Shown: positions 1 to 13,112 of the stretch, piece by piece
Layout of the letters: the number at the start of each line of letters is the position of its first letter
Numbering within the stretch: position 1 is the first letter of the stretch
DNA from: Lingula anatina
Taxonomy: Eukaryota; Animalia; Brachiopoda
Assembly: GCA_051362555.1 (NCBI GenBank)
Contig: CM120645.1
Location: forward strand, 20,460,001-20,524,000
Direction of reading: 5' to 3'
Length of the DNA: 64,000 nucleotides
The notes under the pieces: generated by a model
The model's database searches: none
Seen by the model: only the letters and a program-made list of their open reading frames with translations
What the model was told of the DNA's origin: nothing
Translations under genes and position numbers: made by a program

Positions 1-371
1 ATGCTGAATGTGAAATAAAGGGCATTGTTGAAAATGTTCACAGTAATTGATGTTCATTTTGTGTTGTTGATAGGGTCCTCTCGGTCCCGCTGGCCCACCT
101 GGTCCTTCTATGACAGACGACCAAATAAAACAACTTATAAAAGAACATGGTAAACTTTCTTTTTCTTGTTTGAGCTATATGTATAGTTGATATTGTCCAA
201 CATAAACCTTTTTCATGTGCATAGACCAAAGCATCTTTAAAAATTATGAGTAATCGAAAAAATAAGTTTTCTGTTGAAAACGTTTTTCACATGTTCACCA
301 TCTGATATAATCATTAGAAGATGACGTTAAACAACTTATAAAATTGCAGATTGTTGATTTTTTTCTGATAG

Positions 372-1158
372 GTTTACCACGTAATACGACAGGTGGCGGA
401 TCAGTGTACACGAGATGGGGGAGAACTAAGTGTGGTGCCTCTTCTAAACTTCTTTATGAAGGTAAGAACTGCATAAGCAATTACAGTCACGTAGTTTTTA
501 AATTGAACCATTTCAAAAAATGAAAACATAATTTTCCTGGGTTGTTAACCCATAATAAATTAATTAGGGTGCCATTTCATTAAGGCCTAAATCATATAAC
601 TTCCTCTTACGTATACTGCATCTACACATCGCTGTTGCCCTTTTTTATTTTGTAGGTTATACTGCTGGATCCTACTATGGTCAGAAAGGTGGGGCTAGCA
701 ACTACGTCTGTCTCCCTCGCGACCCACAGTGGGGCAAATATCAAGATGGAATCCAGAATTCTGGACCTACCATTCACGGCACAGAGTACGAAATGGGACA
801 CTACTCCAATGATCCTTTCCAGAGGACCAATTTTGGAGGCAAGAATTTTAAGAACCAAGATGCTCCATGTGCTGTTTGTTACACCCAGAACCGCACCAGT
901 CATGTTATGATTCCAGCCTGGAAGACATGTCCAACCGAGTGGACGCTGGAATATCGCGGATACTTGGTTGCCCAATTCTATTCGCAATATAGAACTGAAT
1001 TTGTCTGTCTTGATGAGGCTCCAGAAGGAATTAGAGGAGGAGAAAAAAACACAAATGGTGCTCTTTTCTATGTGGTTCAAGCCAAATGTGGTCAAGCTCT
1101 CCCATGTCCAAATTATGTTGAAGGGAGAGAGTTGACCTGCGTTGTGTGCTCCATGTAG
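372..1158 (+). CDS. Short-chain collagen C4-like protein, last two coding exons (5' part lies outside the window or is unresolved)
   Basis: Exons 372-461 (ag|GT TTA CCA..GAA G|gtaag) and 656-1158 (tgtag|GT TAT ACT..TAG) splice in phase. Product: GGSVYTRWGRTKC..LLYEGYTAGSYYGQKGGASNYVCLPRDPQW..HGTEYE..QDAPCAVC..MIPAWKTCPTEWTLEYRGYL..FVCLDEAPE..GALFYVVQAKCGQALPCPNYVEGRELTCVVCS*. This is the characteristic C-terminal domain of invertebrate short-chain collagen C4-like proteins. Confidence 0.9.
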
Positions 1159-1249
1159 GTGAAGTGTGATCAAATAACATGCAATTTTGTGACTCGCAAC
1201 AGTTTGGAATCTTTAAAATATTATTTTCACCATTGGGTCATGAGAGCGT

Positions 1250-1474
1250 CCCAGCTAACACAGAAAGCTATTAAAACGTTGCTGTGACGTTTCCCCCCCC
1301 CCCCCCCCCCCCTTCTTTCTATTTTTTAAAGTTATCATGATGATGCATCTATGAAGTTCTACTTTAGGATCACCATTATGATAACTTATTAATTTCTTAA
1401 AGATCTATATGGTTTTTGATTATGATTATATAAACGTTATGGTAAAGTTATAAAAACGTTTTGTGTATGTTGGG
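1250..1474. mobile_element. MITE with CCCAG..TTGGG termini (EnSpm/CACTA-like, animal type)
   Basis: Imperfect TIR cccagctaacacagaaa / ttttgtgtatgttggg, with repeated subterminal aaacgtt motifs. The 2-bp flanks are gt and at (one mismatch). Confidence 0.5.
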
Positions 1475-1536
1475 ATTCGCCACAATATCCAGAACGTTTT
1501 CTGTTTCCCTTTCTTCTTTTCGTCTTTCATTCTTGT

Positions 1537-1574
<38 letters not shown>

Positions 1575-3352
1575 TAAGTTCATACTGTATTCAGATCCAT
1601 AACCGGGTAATTTAGACACCATGCTGCTATCCATTCCAGAAAACAATACAAGTAAAAGGCAATGATAAAATCACGCTAAATATCATTTTCTCGCAACCCG
1701 ATATAATGATACATGTATTTCTGACCCTTAGTTTTTACATACAGCACCTGGAAAAAACTCAACACAGCATGTTGTGTAGGATGTAAAGAATGATAAGCAA
1801 ACATGCGGAGTAGTTATTGTTATTAAACGGAATGTCATCTGTACCCAGACTTGCGCCAACATTGAGTTGTATGCCAAATTTACCACATTTTACCGTGCTC
1901 TGGTTGAGCAAAATAAAAGTCGATTACCACTATTCTTTTTTAGTGGAGGGACCATTTAGTTATTTCAAAAACGTAAGTTTGTCCAACAATTTTAGTTATT
2001 TGACTTTTACAAAAATTTATACAATCATGGCCAAAATTCTTACTAGTGGGTTCTAATTTTGATAATTTGACAGTGTTATTTTGCGCTTCACCAATCGATT
2101 AACATATTTTAGAACTATAATGTTGCATAGTCTGGTGCAGTTTATGGACAATATTCAGATTTAAAAAAAATTAAACAAAATTAAGCTAACGGGCTATACT
2201 CAAAACATCTGATATGGACTAACTTAATGTGAGAAGTTTCCATATATTAAGCAATTATTGTCTCTTATGGAAACTCTTAAATTAAAGAATGTAAACATTG
2301 TGCAAACTTTGTTAGTATGGAATTTCAAAAGATCATTCAACTGTAATATCACTTTCAAGCAAATAATAAATGTTTCTTTGAGCACTACTTTGCCAATGAC
2401 ATTCATCTTTTACCTAATCTATATAAAGTGTACTAGAATAATGAGGTTACCCTTCAACGATGATGGATTTATGATTTAAAGAAAAGTACAGAGAAGAGTG
2501 TAATAATCTGCCTGTGCAATGAAGTTGCCAGGTCATTTTTCTCCATTTCTGCCACATGACACGCAGACGTGGTTGTTTTGTATGCGCTATGGATTCATGT
2601 TACCAGTTAATATGTTTGCAACTCCCCCCCCCCCCCACCACCCCCCTCCCAACCCCGGCCCCAGAAAAAGAGATTTTTAATCATGACAAGACAATATTTT
2701 ACATTATTTGATTGACAGATCTTTTTGCGATCGTTTTCATTCAAATTATACTGCGGTTCCCTCATTCCCTACTTCTCTATTCATTCTCCAATATCTTCAA
2801 CGTAAAACTTTGGTGCCACTGAGTGAAAAACTAAATCGGTGTCACGAACGTAAATGAATCTTATGATTTATCTTCAGCCCACAATTCATCAAAATATTTT
2901 CAGGAAAAAATCTGTTTTCAATCACATTGTCAAAATAACAAGATCTTACCGAGGTGTGTTTCTTCGCAATACGCTGTTCTTATTTATGCTCACTAATGGC
3001 CCTATATAAAATAACCAAGCCATGAAATTTGCTGTATGCCGTATGCTTTATTGTTAAATTATTACTTATGCTTATTTGGGGCCTACAAGTACATATAATA
3101 TACTAAAGACATGAACAAACTTATTGAAGTATCCCGTTATCAGTTTCCACTTTGATGAATTTCAAATTATTGAAATGATTCATTCTGTACATTTTATCAG
3201 CAAGATGAAGATGTTTATTGTAACTGAAATCCTCAAATTTCATTTCGAGAAAATGTTCATCTTACAGCCACACAGGATTTTAACAAAGCAGTAAGGGTGA
3301 CGAATTGTTCAAAAGTTGCATCGCTTAATTTTGCTTTGAAAAGGTACATGTA

Positions 3353-4741
3353 CACACACTGGACAAAAGAAGTGTCACCCCCTAACTCAGAGTAATAAAA
3401 GTAGGCAGATCTTGGGTACTTATAATGCCTGGTCTACTTATAATGTGACTAATGAGTATAAAACCGCTATACCATGGAATTGTATTGTTGGTCTTGTACA
3501 TGTACAGCAAATGTTATTCCTGTCTTCCTCCAATATGGCAAGATACAGGCAATTATCTAACGGTTATAGGTGCAAGTTATTAACCTGAAGAGGCGGAATA
3601 TAAGCAATGTCAGAATATCGTTACAATTGAATTGTTCAGTCAGAACCGTGCAGAGGGTCTGATCTCGGTATAGAAACACTGGATCAAGAGACAAATTGCC
3701 TCTGATGGGTCGTCCAAGAAAAAATACTGGCCGTGAAGACCGACGACTGATTTTGATGTCCAGGTTGTCAAAGTTCGACACTGCTTGTCAGTTGACAACA
3801 CAGTGGAACAATTTCACACATAAGAATGTGTCTGTGAAAATTGCTAGGCGTCGGTTACATGCTCAGAGAGTGTACAGCAAGGTAGCAAGACTGAAACCTC
3901 TTATATCGTTACAAAACAGGCAACGTAGAGTAAACTAGGGTCAACAGGATCTTGAACTGGACAGTTCATGACAATTGGTCCTATATATATTTTTTTCTGA
4001 TGAGTGTCGCTTTGGTCTGACCTCTGATGACAGACGGGTACTATGCTGGCTACGTGCTGGTAAAGCATTTGAACCACATGCACTTAATTTTCGAACCCGG
4101 AGCAGCATATTCGTCATGGTGTGGGGCTGCATCAGCATCCATGGCTTGGGCGAATTGATAGTGGTTAATGGAAACATGAATCACTAGAAATATATCGATG
4201 TTTTGGAGTCAGGCTTGCTACCATCTATTACTAACATGTTTGGTGACAGGAATTATCCATTTGTTGACCAGGATGACAATGCTCCTTGTCACAGGCCCAG
4301 AGCAGTTGATGATTGGTTTGACCAACAGGACATTCGCAGGGTGATGTGGCCTGCCCAGAGTCCGGATGCAAACATAATAGAAAATGTGTGGAATGATATG
4401 TCAAAACTTTTTACAAATGCCCGTCTAACCAGCAGAGAAACTCTGTTATATTCAGTGTTTCATGCTTGGGCCAGCATTAGCCCTGAACGCATCAGACAAT
4501 TATATGAAACCTTGCTTCGTAGACTGGCACCTATTATTAGGTCACGTGGCTATGCCACTAAGTACTAATTTTGGACTTGAAACTGCATATTTTGGTAGAA
4601 TGTATATTTTGTTCTCATTTTGTGATTTTTTGTGAAATTTGATGTTAATAAAATGATACCAGGAGCATATCATTCCGCAGTCATTTATCTCCCCCATAGT
4701 ATTGGCTCAGTAGGGGTGACACTTCTTTTGTCCAGTGTGTG
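3353..4741 (+). mobile_element. Full-length Tc1-family (DD34E) DNA transposon
   Basis: Perfect 29-bp TIR cacacactggacaaaagaagtgtcacccc (3353-3381) with its reverse complement at 4713-4741. TA duplication at 3351-3352 and 4742-4743. An internal transposase remnant is present. Confidence 0.95.
3535..4568 (+). pseudogene. Tc1 transposase pseudogene
   Basis: ATG at 3535, then a frameshift and several in-frame stops. Fragments show GRPRK, FSDE, VMVWGCIS, QDDNAPCH and WPAQSPDANIIENVW. There are 34 residues between the second catalytic D and the E. Confidence 0.92.
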
Positions 4742-5359
4742 TACAATGTCATGTAACACAAAAGAAGAGCTGGGAGAATTTTATTATAGTATAATTTTTT
4801 TTTTTTTTTTTTTTTTTTGTTTTTTTTTTTTTTCGTTTTGCTCGTTATACCGTTTTTGGAAGGTAGAATGGGGAAAGTAGGATACCTTAGCAGTGCCCCC
4901 TTTCAATCTTTTATTGACCATGTAGGCACAGGGCTTCAAAAAGTTTCCACGCTCCTATTCGAATAATAATTGTTTGTGTTACCTACTTTCCTTTGCAAAG
5001 TGCACATATGATAGTAAAGAGGGTGACAAAAATGAAAGACAAGATCTGGATTATTAGTATTCATTTCTTTATTAAGAGATCTAGTGCAAACGGACTCCAG
5101 GAGGGACAAAAAAGCAATGTGAAAAAAACAGTTATGCGGTGGGTGCCAGCCGACAGCTTTCACGTTATACAAAAGGTGTCAAAAATTATCAACGGTACCT
5201 ATAAAAAACAACAAATAAAAAATGGCAAGTATCACTTCTTAAACAAACAAATAAACAAAAAATTAATAAACCATAAAATGAATCTTTACTGAACTCAACA
5301 TAGTGCATATAGAATGTGTCATGCTCAACACCACGTCGCACCTAACGCATTGACGATAA

Positions 5360-5404
<45 letters not shown>

Positions 5405-6860
5405 TATTTCTCACAAACTATGGTAGTGGTCGAGAAGCTGGATAAAGACCGATTATTGTAGAATTTGCTTGTTTCGCAACGTTTGTTTAAGTCGACCAAT
5501 CTTATGACGAAAATTAAATGGCCCCATGTTATTTTGATAGCGACTCTTGTCATTATATTACTGTGAGATAGTAACAATGTGCAAGTACGGTATTGCGTGG
5601 CAGATGTTACGTTTTTTTTGTTTTTTTTTTGTTTTTTTTTTCTCCATTACGGTATTTATCTGTCGGTATTTATATAAACCGTTATTTGGACGTATAGGTA
5701 TGTGGCTTTATCGAGACATCATATCTATCTGTAGGTGGTTTATATTAGGACGTGGGTTCATCGGTATTTATTTCTTGTTTAGCGGCACTTGAAACCAAAG
5801 GTACTCGGATTCAACTATTTTATTATGTGTCTCTTTATATAGGTAACAGGTTTATGGGTTCATCCATTTATCGTTTTAAAAAGAATGAACAACATTCACC
5901 CTTTTTCTCTGGCGTTAAGTTTGGTGGAAGTATAGTTAACTGTTACGTGGAATTAGTTTCATACATGTCTTCATGTATTTTAGCCGTGAACAGTTTTAGT
6001 CCCAACCCCTCACCCAAAATGGGACACACCTGTTGTAATTTGCATAATAATAAGTTGCTCATCGCTAGTGAGAGCTGTCTTCCATTATAGTCACTTGGCA
6101 GTTACACACCGTTGGGTGAGGACGCAACAACAGTTTGTGTGGTGCAGTCGCAAGGTCGAGCTTTATGAAGGAGTGAAATCATAGGCCTATACATCGATTT
6201 GTAAGTATCATTACTTTTTAAGTAACCTCCGTCATTGAATACAACAAATATATAGCAACTTAGCTCTTTGTAATATTAGGGCTTATGTTCATCGTTACTT
6301 GTACACTGTATGTCATTCAGAACATTAGAATTAATATATTAGTTCAAAATAAGTGTTGCAACGCTTTGGTGCAGCAAACGCACAGGAGGAAAGGAGCTCT
6401 CAACTGATGATGAAACCTTATGTTTGCTTGAAAGCCTCTAGCTCTGCGGGATTTTCATTTCTGTGTGAACATTTTTGTATGACCTTGAACAATGGACAGG
6501 GCATTTGTGACCTTATTCAAAATGGCTGTTAACGTAAATGTAAGCAATACCGCAAAGAACAATGATTAATGCTTGTTCAACAGTTTAAAGACTGTGTCCC
6601 CTCAACGTTTGCACCAATTTATGGTCAAATTCTTTCAACAATTCAAACGACTCTCTTGACAACAATTATGATGATTTTAAGAGAAAATCCCTTTTATGAA
6701 AATAATTTTATGGTTGATATTGTCTCTGTTCGGTTTTTGTCCTTTTCTAGTGTTAAACCTGTTGTTGTACATTTCAACTTTTGAAGAATATTTTGTGTAC
6801 TTGATTAAGGTGTGTCAGCAATGCTGTGACCCTTATGTTTTGAGCTGTAAACTATTTTTG

Positions 6861-6896
<36 letters not shown>

Positions 6897-7527
6897 TTCG
6901 ATTGTTTGTTTGTTTGTTTGTTTGTTTTTTGTCTTAAACAAGTGTAAGGTTTCATGTAGTTATAATAGTTCTCACATTTGTTTCAGGTGGGACTTGGGCT
7001 ACCTGTTTTAATTAAGATTAAAATGCTCTGAAAGATCTTATTGTGAGGTAAGTATGCTGTATATAACACAAAGCACACGCACAGTAGCTTACCAGTTGCT
7101 CATTTCACAATGATTAATAGAACTTTTTATACAGTTTACTTGTCGTATCCAGTGTACCGTTTGGTTTACATCCATGACACCTTTATTGAAACTTGATTGT
7201 ACTGGCATCCAATTTATTTGCAATATAGAGAATTTGTAAATGAGATCTTTTGCACTTCTCGGAATCCGTCAAAATCATATACAACCACAATACGTGTTGC
7301 ATAATGATTATAGATATTATTACGTTCAATAAGATCCTCTGCAAATGAAAGAAGTTGTGTTTTCAAGGTTTTCTTTTCAGCAAAGTAAAATCATTAAGAT
7401 TTATCATTAACCCATTTTAGACTATAAATTTGTCCCAAGGCAACCTCGATTTCAAACATTGATACTAATCCTGAACTTAAGACAATAAACACTCAACAAG
7501 TCAGTTATAAGTGCCCCTCCTCTGTAA

Positions 7528-7770
7528 TATTTACCTCCGCCAAGAGGTTATGTTTTCACCCCTGTTTGTTTGTTTGTCTGTCTGTCATCAACATAACTCA
7601 AAAAGTTATGGACCGATTTTGCTGAAAATTTCAGGAACTGTCAGAAGTGGACCAAGGAACAGATGATTAGTTTTTGGTGGTGACCCGGATCAATAATCAA
7701 TCAATAATCAATGATAATAAAGAATTGCTGCCTTGGCGGAGGTCTGCGCTCTTAGAGTACATTTCTAGTT
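7528..7770 (+). mobile_element. Short non-autonomous Helentron/DINE-like element (family C, copy 1)
   Basis: Subterminal IR acctccgccaag / cttggcggaggt, (gttt)(gtct) microsatellite, 3' hairpin, then ctagtt. Near-identical copies at 36117-36350 and 62925-63168. Confidence 0.75.
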
Positions 7771-8878
7771 AAAAATATGATAGTCGTACTTTTAAGGTCT
7801 GTCCGTGTAGTCAAATTGTGAACATCGTTTTTTTGTAATTTCAGGAGCGCACCGAGCTACTGCACAACAGATACCTGCAAGCCACTAAGCCTTTGGCTCA
7901 CACGGAAGACCTAAAAGCCCACTTATGCACCTATTATATTCAGACTTAATAAAATACTTTTTAAATTCCACGAATTTTACTTTTGATTTGAAATTATGAC
8001 GATGAAGATAAAAGTGATTATAAGGGAAATATATTATTATATAAATTTGATAATTGTTTGAGAACTTGACGATCGTGCGATTTTTCTATTGTACCTTAAG
8101 AAATCTATAAATGAAATTGTTTAAAAGCTTTGTCAATATGCACAGTTTGTAATGGAATTTAAGCGTTTGAAATATCTTTATCCACTAAAAGAATGTCACT
8201 TAAAGTTGTATTCCAACAACCCTCAATGATGCTTAAATTATAAATTTACAATATTGTATTTTGAAAATCCGTTCTAAAAATTAGAGTTAAATAACCCTTG
8301 GAACAAATCCATTCGTCCTCCTGAATAACATCTATTTTCCTATTACCTTAATGTAGTACAAAGGTCCATTTTGACGTTTTCTGGCGTTTGCTACGGAAAA
8401 TCTATTTAAAATTGACGACTTCTCCAATACTGAATAGAATAATGAAAAGGGGAGATATCCTGACGCAAAATTTATATCAACAGTTGAATTTGTCCAAAAA
8501 TTGAGCCTTTATTTACTGATTGCATAAGATTGACCACATTTTTCCATTCCTGTTCTCCGAAAAAAGTTTCCTTCCTCAATTTATTTTTGAAATATATACC
8601 GGATTCAATCGTGTTTTAAGGCTAATCTTATATTCTTATACCCCATAATGTATAAGCACAGTAAAATGTAAGGTTAACTGTTAAATTTTGAATAGCAAAT
8701 ATTAAGGCCTAGTAGTTTGTCTTAAAGGCTTTTCAAGTTGATATCCTTTTCTCCTCAAAACATTGCTTTTTAAAATAAATTGTCCTTTTCGTGTGCTATA
8801 GTTCCATTATAATTTTCTCCTTACTTTTCTCCTTAATTGTGACAAATTACACCAACCCCACCTAACACCCCTCATTTT

Positions 8879-9450
8879 AATGGACTCTCCCGACCTGTCA
8901 CCCCTCAAGTGGATTAGACTAGCCCAACCTGATACCCCTCCATTGGAATAGACTCACCCCACCTGCCACCCCTCCTGTGAAATAGACTCGCCCCACCTGT
9001 CACCCCTCAGTGAAATGGACTCGCCCCACCTGTCACCCCTCTAGCAAAATGGACTCGCCCCCACCTGTCACCCCTCTAGCAAAATGGACTCGCCCCCACC
9101 TGTCACCCCTCTAGCAAAATGGACTCGCTCCACCTGTCACCCCTTCTGCGAAATGGACTCGTCCCACCTGTCACCCCTTCTGCGAAATGGACTCGCCCCC
9201 ACCTGTCACCCCTTCTGCAGAATGGACTCGCCCCACCTGTCACCCCATCCAATGGAATGGACTCGCCCCACCTGTCACCCCTTCTGCAAAATGGACTCGC
9301 CCCACCTGACGCCCCTCCCGTGAAATGGACTCGCCCCACCTGTCACCCCTACAGTGAAATGAACTCGCCCTAACTGTCACCCCTCGGTGAAATGGACTCG
9401 CCCCACCTCTCACCCCTCCAGTGAAATGAACTCGCCCCATCTCTCACTTC
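8879..9450. repeat. Minisatellite, ~32-35 bp unit, about 17 copies
   Basis: Unit aaatggactcgccccacctgtcacccct(ctagc/tctgc). The atgg recurs at 9049, 9084, 9119, 9153 and onward. The overlapping ORFs are repeat artefacts. Confidence 0.95.
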
Positions 9451-12400
9451 TCAAATTTAAGTTTTGCTCAAACTGACGCGCCTCAAATATATGTGGATTA
9501 TTTTAAAAGATACCCATATCAATGCAATCACACAAACCACACAGATTCCAAACTATATTTTTTTATTTGATAATTTTAAGGACAAATTTTAAAACAAAAT
9601 ATGAATAAGAATGAAGATATTCACAAACGGATTCACATCGTTTAAAGGACAGTGAGGAAATTCAAAGGACTTACATACGATCCATTTTTATTTGCCACTT
9701 TAAAATACGGACATGTAAAAATCGATTTGGGTAGCGTTACTTTTTTGTACTGGAAGTATTTTTCGTGCTTTTTTACTCAGAGAAATCGATACCTATAAAT
9801 AGTGCCCAAATAAATTAAATATTCAAAATTTGTCAGTTTTTCCATTCAATTCTAAAATATCATCTTTAGTACACTGTATATTTGTATGTGTATGATATAG
9901 GCCGAGGCGCAATGCTGAATTTTGGCAATTTGCACTGGAATGATCTGCACGCGTGACCAGAACCAACCTTGCATCTTTCTCAACGTGAACTCAATCCGGA
10001 GAAATTCAATGTTAATTCAATTTGCACGAAATCTAAAAGCAATTTTTTTAAATCTGAAATTGAAGTAATCATGTAGATAATAAGTTCTGAAAATTCAACG
10101 CTTATTCAATGTTTATTTCCGTCTTTCAGAGCAAACCGAAAACCGCCCAAAAAGTGCATTTAATTTATAAATTGCTCTTCAGTCTGAACAGAAAATAACA
10201 CCAACAGTGTAGTTCAAAATTTTACTTTTACTTCAAATTTAAACATTATGATATACACATACTGAAAATAACATTTAGGCGTGTAAAATAATCACACAAC
10301 TGTAAAATGAAATGTTATCAGAGAGAAGCTAAATGGGTTTCAAATGGAATCACATGCATCCGAGCTTGTCTCGAGGTATCCTTTAAAAAAAACCTGATCA
10401 TCTCCTAGTGTTAAGTCTGATTATGAAAATGATTGATTTCTGCGTACAATTTGAGTTCAATCTTTGTATGCTCAAAATATGCTCAAATATGATACGTAGG
10501 CCTAAAAGTTTTGGAAATCATTGTAAGAACATGCACAGTATTCACCATATTGCATGTGCGACAGGTGTGTGAGCGCGTGTTTGAGCGTGCATGTGTATGT
10601 GTGTCTGCGTCCGGTTCCAAAATGCGACCAGAAGAGTACGGAAGCGTCTATCAGACGCACGTGCATTTTGCAGGATCTCGGCAAAGGCTGGCAGTTCTGA
10701 AATATCAAAATAACGTTTTAAAAGCAATAGCGTAAATATATATATATAATATTCCTATGCTATAAAATTCTAACTAAGATAAATTCACTAAAATGGAACG
10801 ATTTACACTCATGTTTAAAACACTGAGGCTGGCTGAACATCAAACGGAAGAAAGATCGACATGTAAATGGGTATGTAGTTCAAGTTTCAAAATTTTTCGA
10901 TATTTTTCAACAAATATTTGTAAATATTGTACAGTAAATTCTATTCCACTCTAAGAGGAATGACAAGGAATACCTGGTGACAAAACCAATTCTTTTGGAC
11001 AGTATTCTTAAATTAAAGACTACTGGTAACGAATGGAGGGATTCTTCCAAAGAACGGATTATTACAACACCGATTAAGGCAAAGTTTTATAGTGTAAAAG
11101 GCTAATGATCTAATGCATATTTCAGTTTTTCGTTAACAGCAAAATCTATTTAATGAATGGTACCCCGCCTGCTTCTATTATATGTTAAAGTATTAGGTTA
11201 CTTTAAAAACTCCGAAAAAAATAGCCATTGGATTTTAAGAAATTTGTGTTTATTCAAAAACTTTTTTGATTCCCTCTCGTTCACCTGCTTCAGTTGCAAA
11301 CATAAAAACATGAATTTAAAATTCAAACGAAATACAAACCAGTTTCTGATGTAGGCGTTTTAGAAATATTTATATAACGTCATACGATTTTGTGTCTGTT
11401 GGCAGAGTACTTTCAAACACTTCTAGATTAACAACGTGCATGTACAACGTTTCTTAAATCGAGTGAACTTTCCGGACAAACTGGAGGTTTAGAACACGCA
11501 ATATAATAGGATATTACATGTACCCGGTAATTTGAACTAGTTCAAACACCAAAGTATAAACGGCAAGAAACATCCTTGGTACAAAGAGCATTTAATTATT
11601 AGCGATAAAGAGCCTATTCTACCCATTCCGTAAACGTATGAATTAAAACAAGCTCCTGACAAACACTAAGCTATTTCAACCTCAAATGGCAAGAGGAAAG
11701 AAGCCCCTATGCAAATGCAAATTTGCTCTGACAAATTATTCTGACTCTAGATTTAACTGAACGTCATTTTTATATACTTGAAGACGAAATTTTGCTCACA
11801 AGAAACATTTTTAAAGGGGACCCACTTTACAAAGACGGTCCAACGTGCAAGCCAAATGAAATGTCCCTACTCTGCGACTTCATCACTCCTATATTCTGCG
11901 TCCTCTTCTTACAGGGTCCAGCTGTCAAGTGACCAGTCGAGAAGACAGTTCTCACTGCGCTGTGCGACTTATTGTTATGTAAATTGCTTCACATACGGCA
12001 CATTTTGACAGAGGGGTTGCTGTTGTTATCATTATCAAGGTAGTGCCAAATAGATAACATTACAGATAACATTTAATTGATAAAATCAATTTTGCGCGCT
12101 CTAAGCTGATACAGACAATTCAACCATTAATTTATAAGTGTCTTAAACCCCCTCATTGCAAATAAAATGCGCCAAGACCTAATGCTACCGGGTATGCCCA
12201 CTCAGACAGAGAGAGTTCGCTCACCTGTCTATTGTTATATTAATGCTATGTAATTGACTCATTCTGAGAAAGGGGATATACAGAACCGGTAGCTATCACC
12301 ACTACCATATTTTCGTAGACTATATATATAATATAAGAAAATCACTGTAAAAGTCCTATTGTAGAGATCGTCCATACATCTATACTGAATTTGCGGGGTT

Positions 12401-13060
12401 TAATTATATTTACATGACTGGGAACTGTATGTGAAAAGATAAATGCCATATGTGCAAGACATTACAACACAATATATGAAAAAAAAAAAAACTAATGCAA
12501 CTAAATATACAAATAATTTATTGAGGTAAAATCTCAGGCGGATCCAAGAGGTTCAGAAGGTTGAAAAATTTTGAAGCTCTTTTACTTAATCATTCTGCAG
12601 AATATGTATTAAAATTTAACAGGTAATTTTAATTGATATTGTATATTAACAAGGGAGGCCTTTGATATGTGGCACTTTCATGCCAGTACAGTCCAATTCT
12701 GATAAAACATCCATTCTTAGTTTAATTACAAGGTGAATATAAAATAAATCTTATGTTTTATTTCACTGAAATGTTTAATCATTATCAGATGTTTATTTCT
12801 TTTCCATCAAGTAAGTTAGTAAGTTAAACTGTTTTGCTGTAAAACACACTTGAAATAGATCTTCATATTACAGACAACTGATCTTGAAACTGCTTGAAAG
12901 CACCTTAATATTTTTTGCTAGAAATAGTTCCTGAAATTTTTGTTTGCTCACTATAAACTAGTGCGTACGATGGGTGGATAGGTCCCACAGTGCAGGTAGA
13001 GGGTAACGGAATCCCATGGCAACAGAAAAATCACAAGTTTGAACCTAGTACAATGCCCCC

Positions 13061-13091
<31 letters not shown>

Positions 13092-13112
13092 AATTCAGTA
13101 CATATATTCTCT

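Noticed and set aside
622-1173. 183-aa minus-strand ORF
   Set aside because: It is antisense to the collagen-like exon and has no recognisable motifs.
6395-6450. Second hammerhead or C/D snoRNA-like motif (ctgatgatg..gaaagcctc)
   Set aside because: Stems I and II cannot be drawn convincingly, and there is no D box with a terminal stem.
9503-10386. Kolobok-like element bounded by TTAA (aagataccc..ggtatcct)
   Set aside because: The terminal match is only about 7/10, too weak in AT-rich DNA without other copies.
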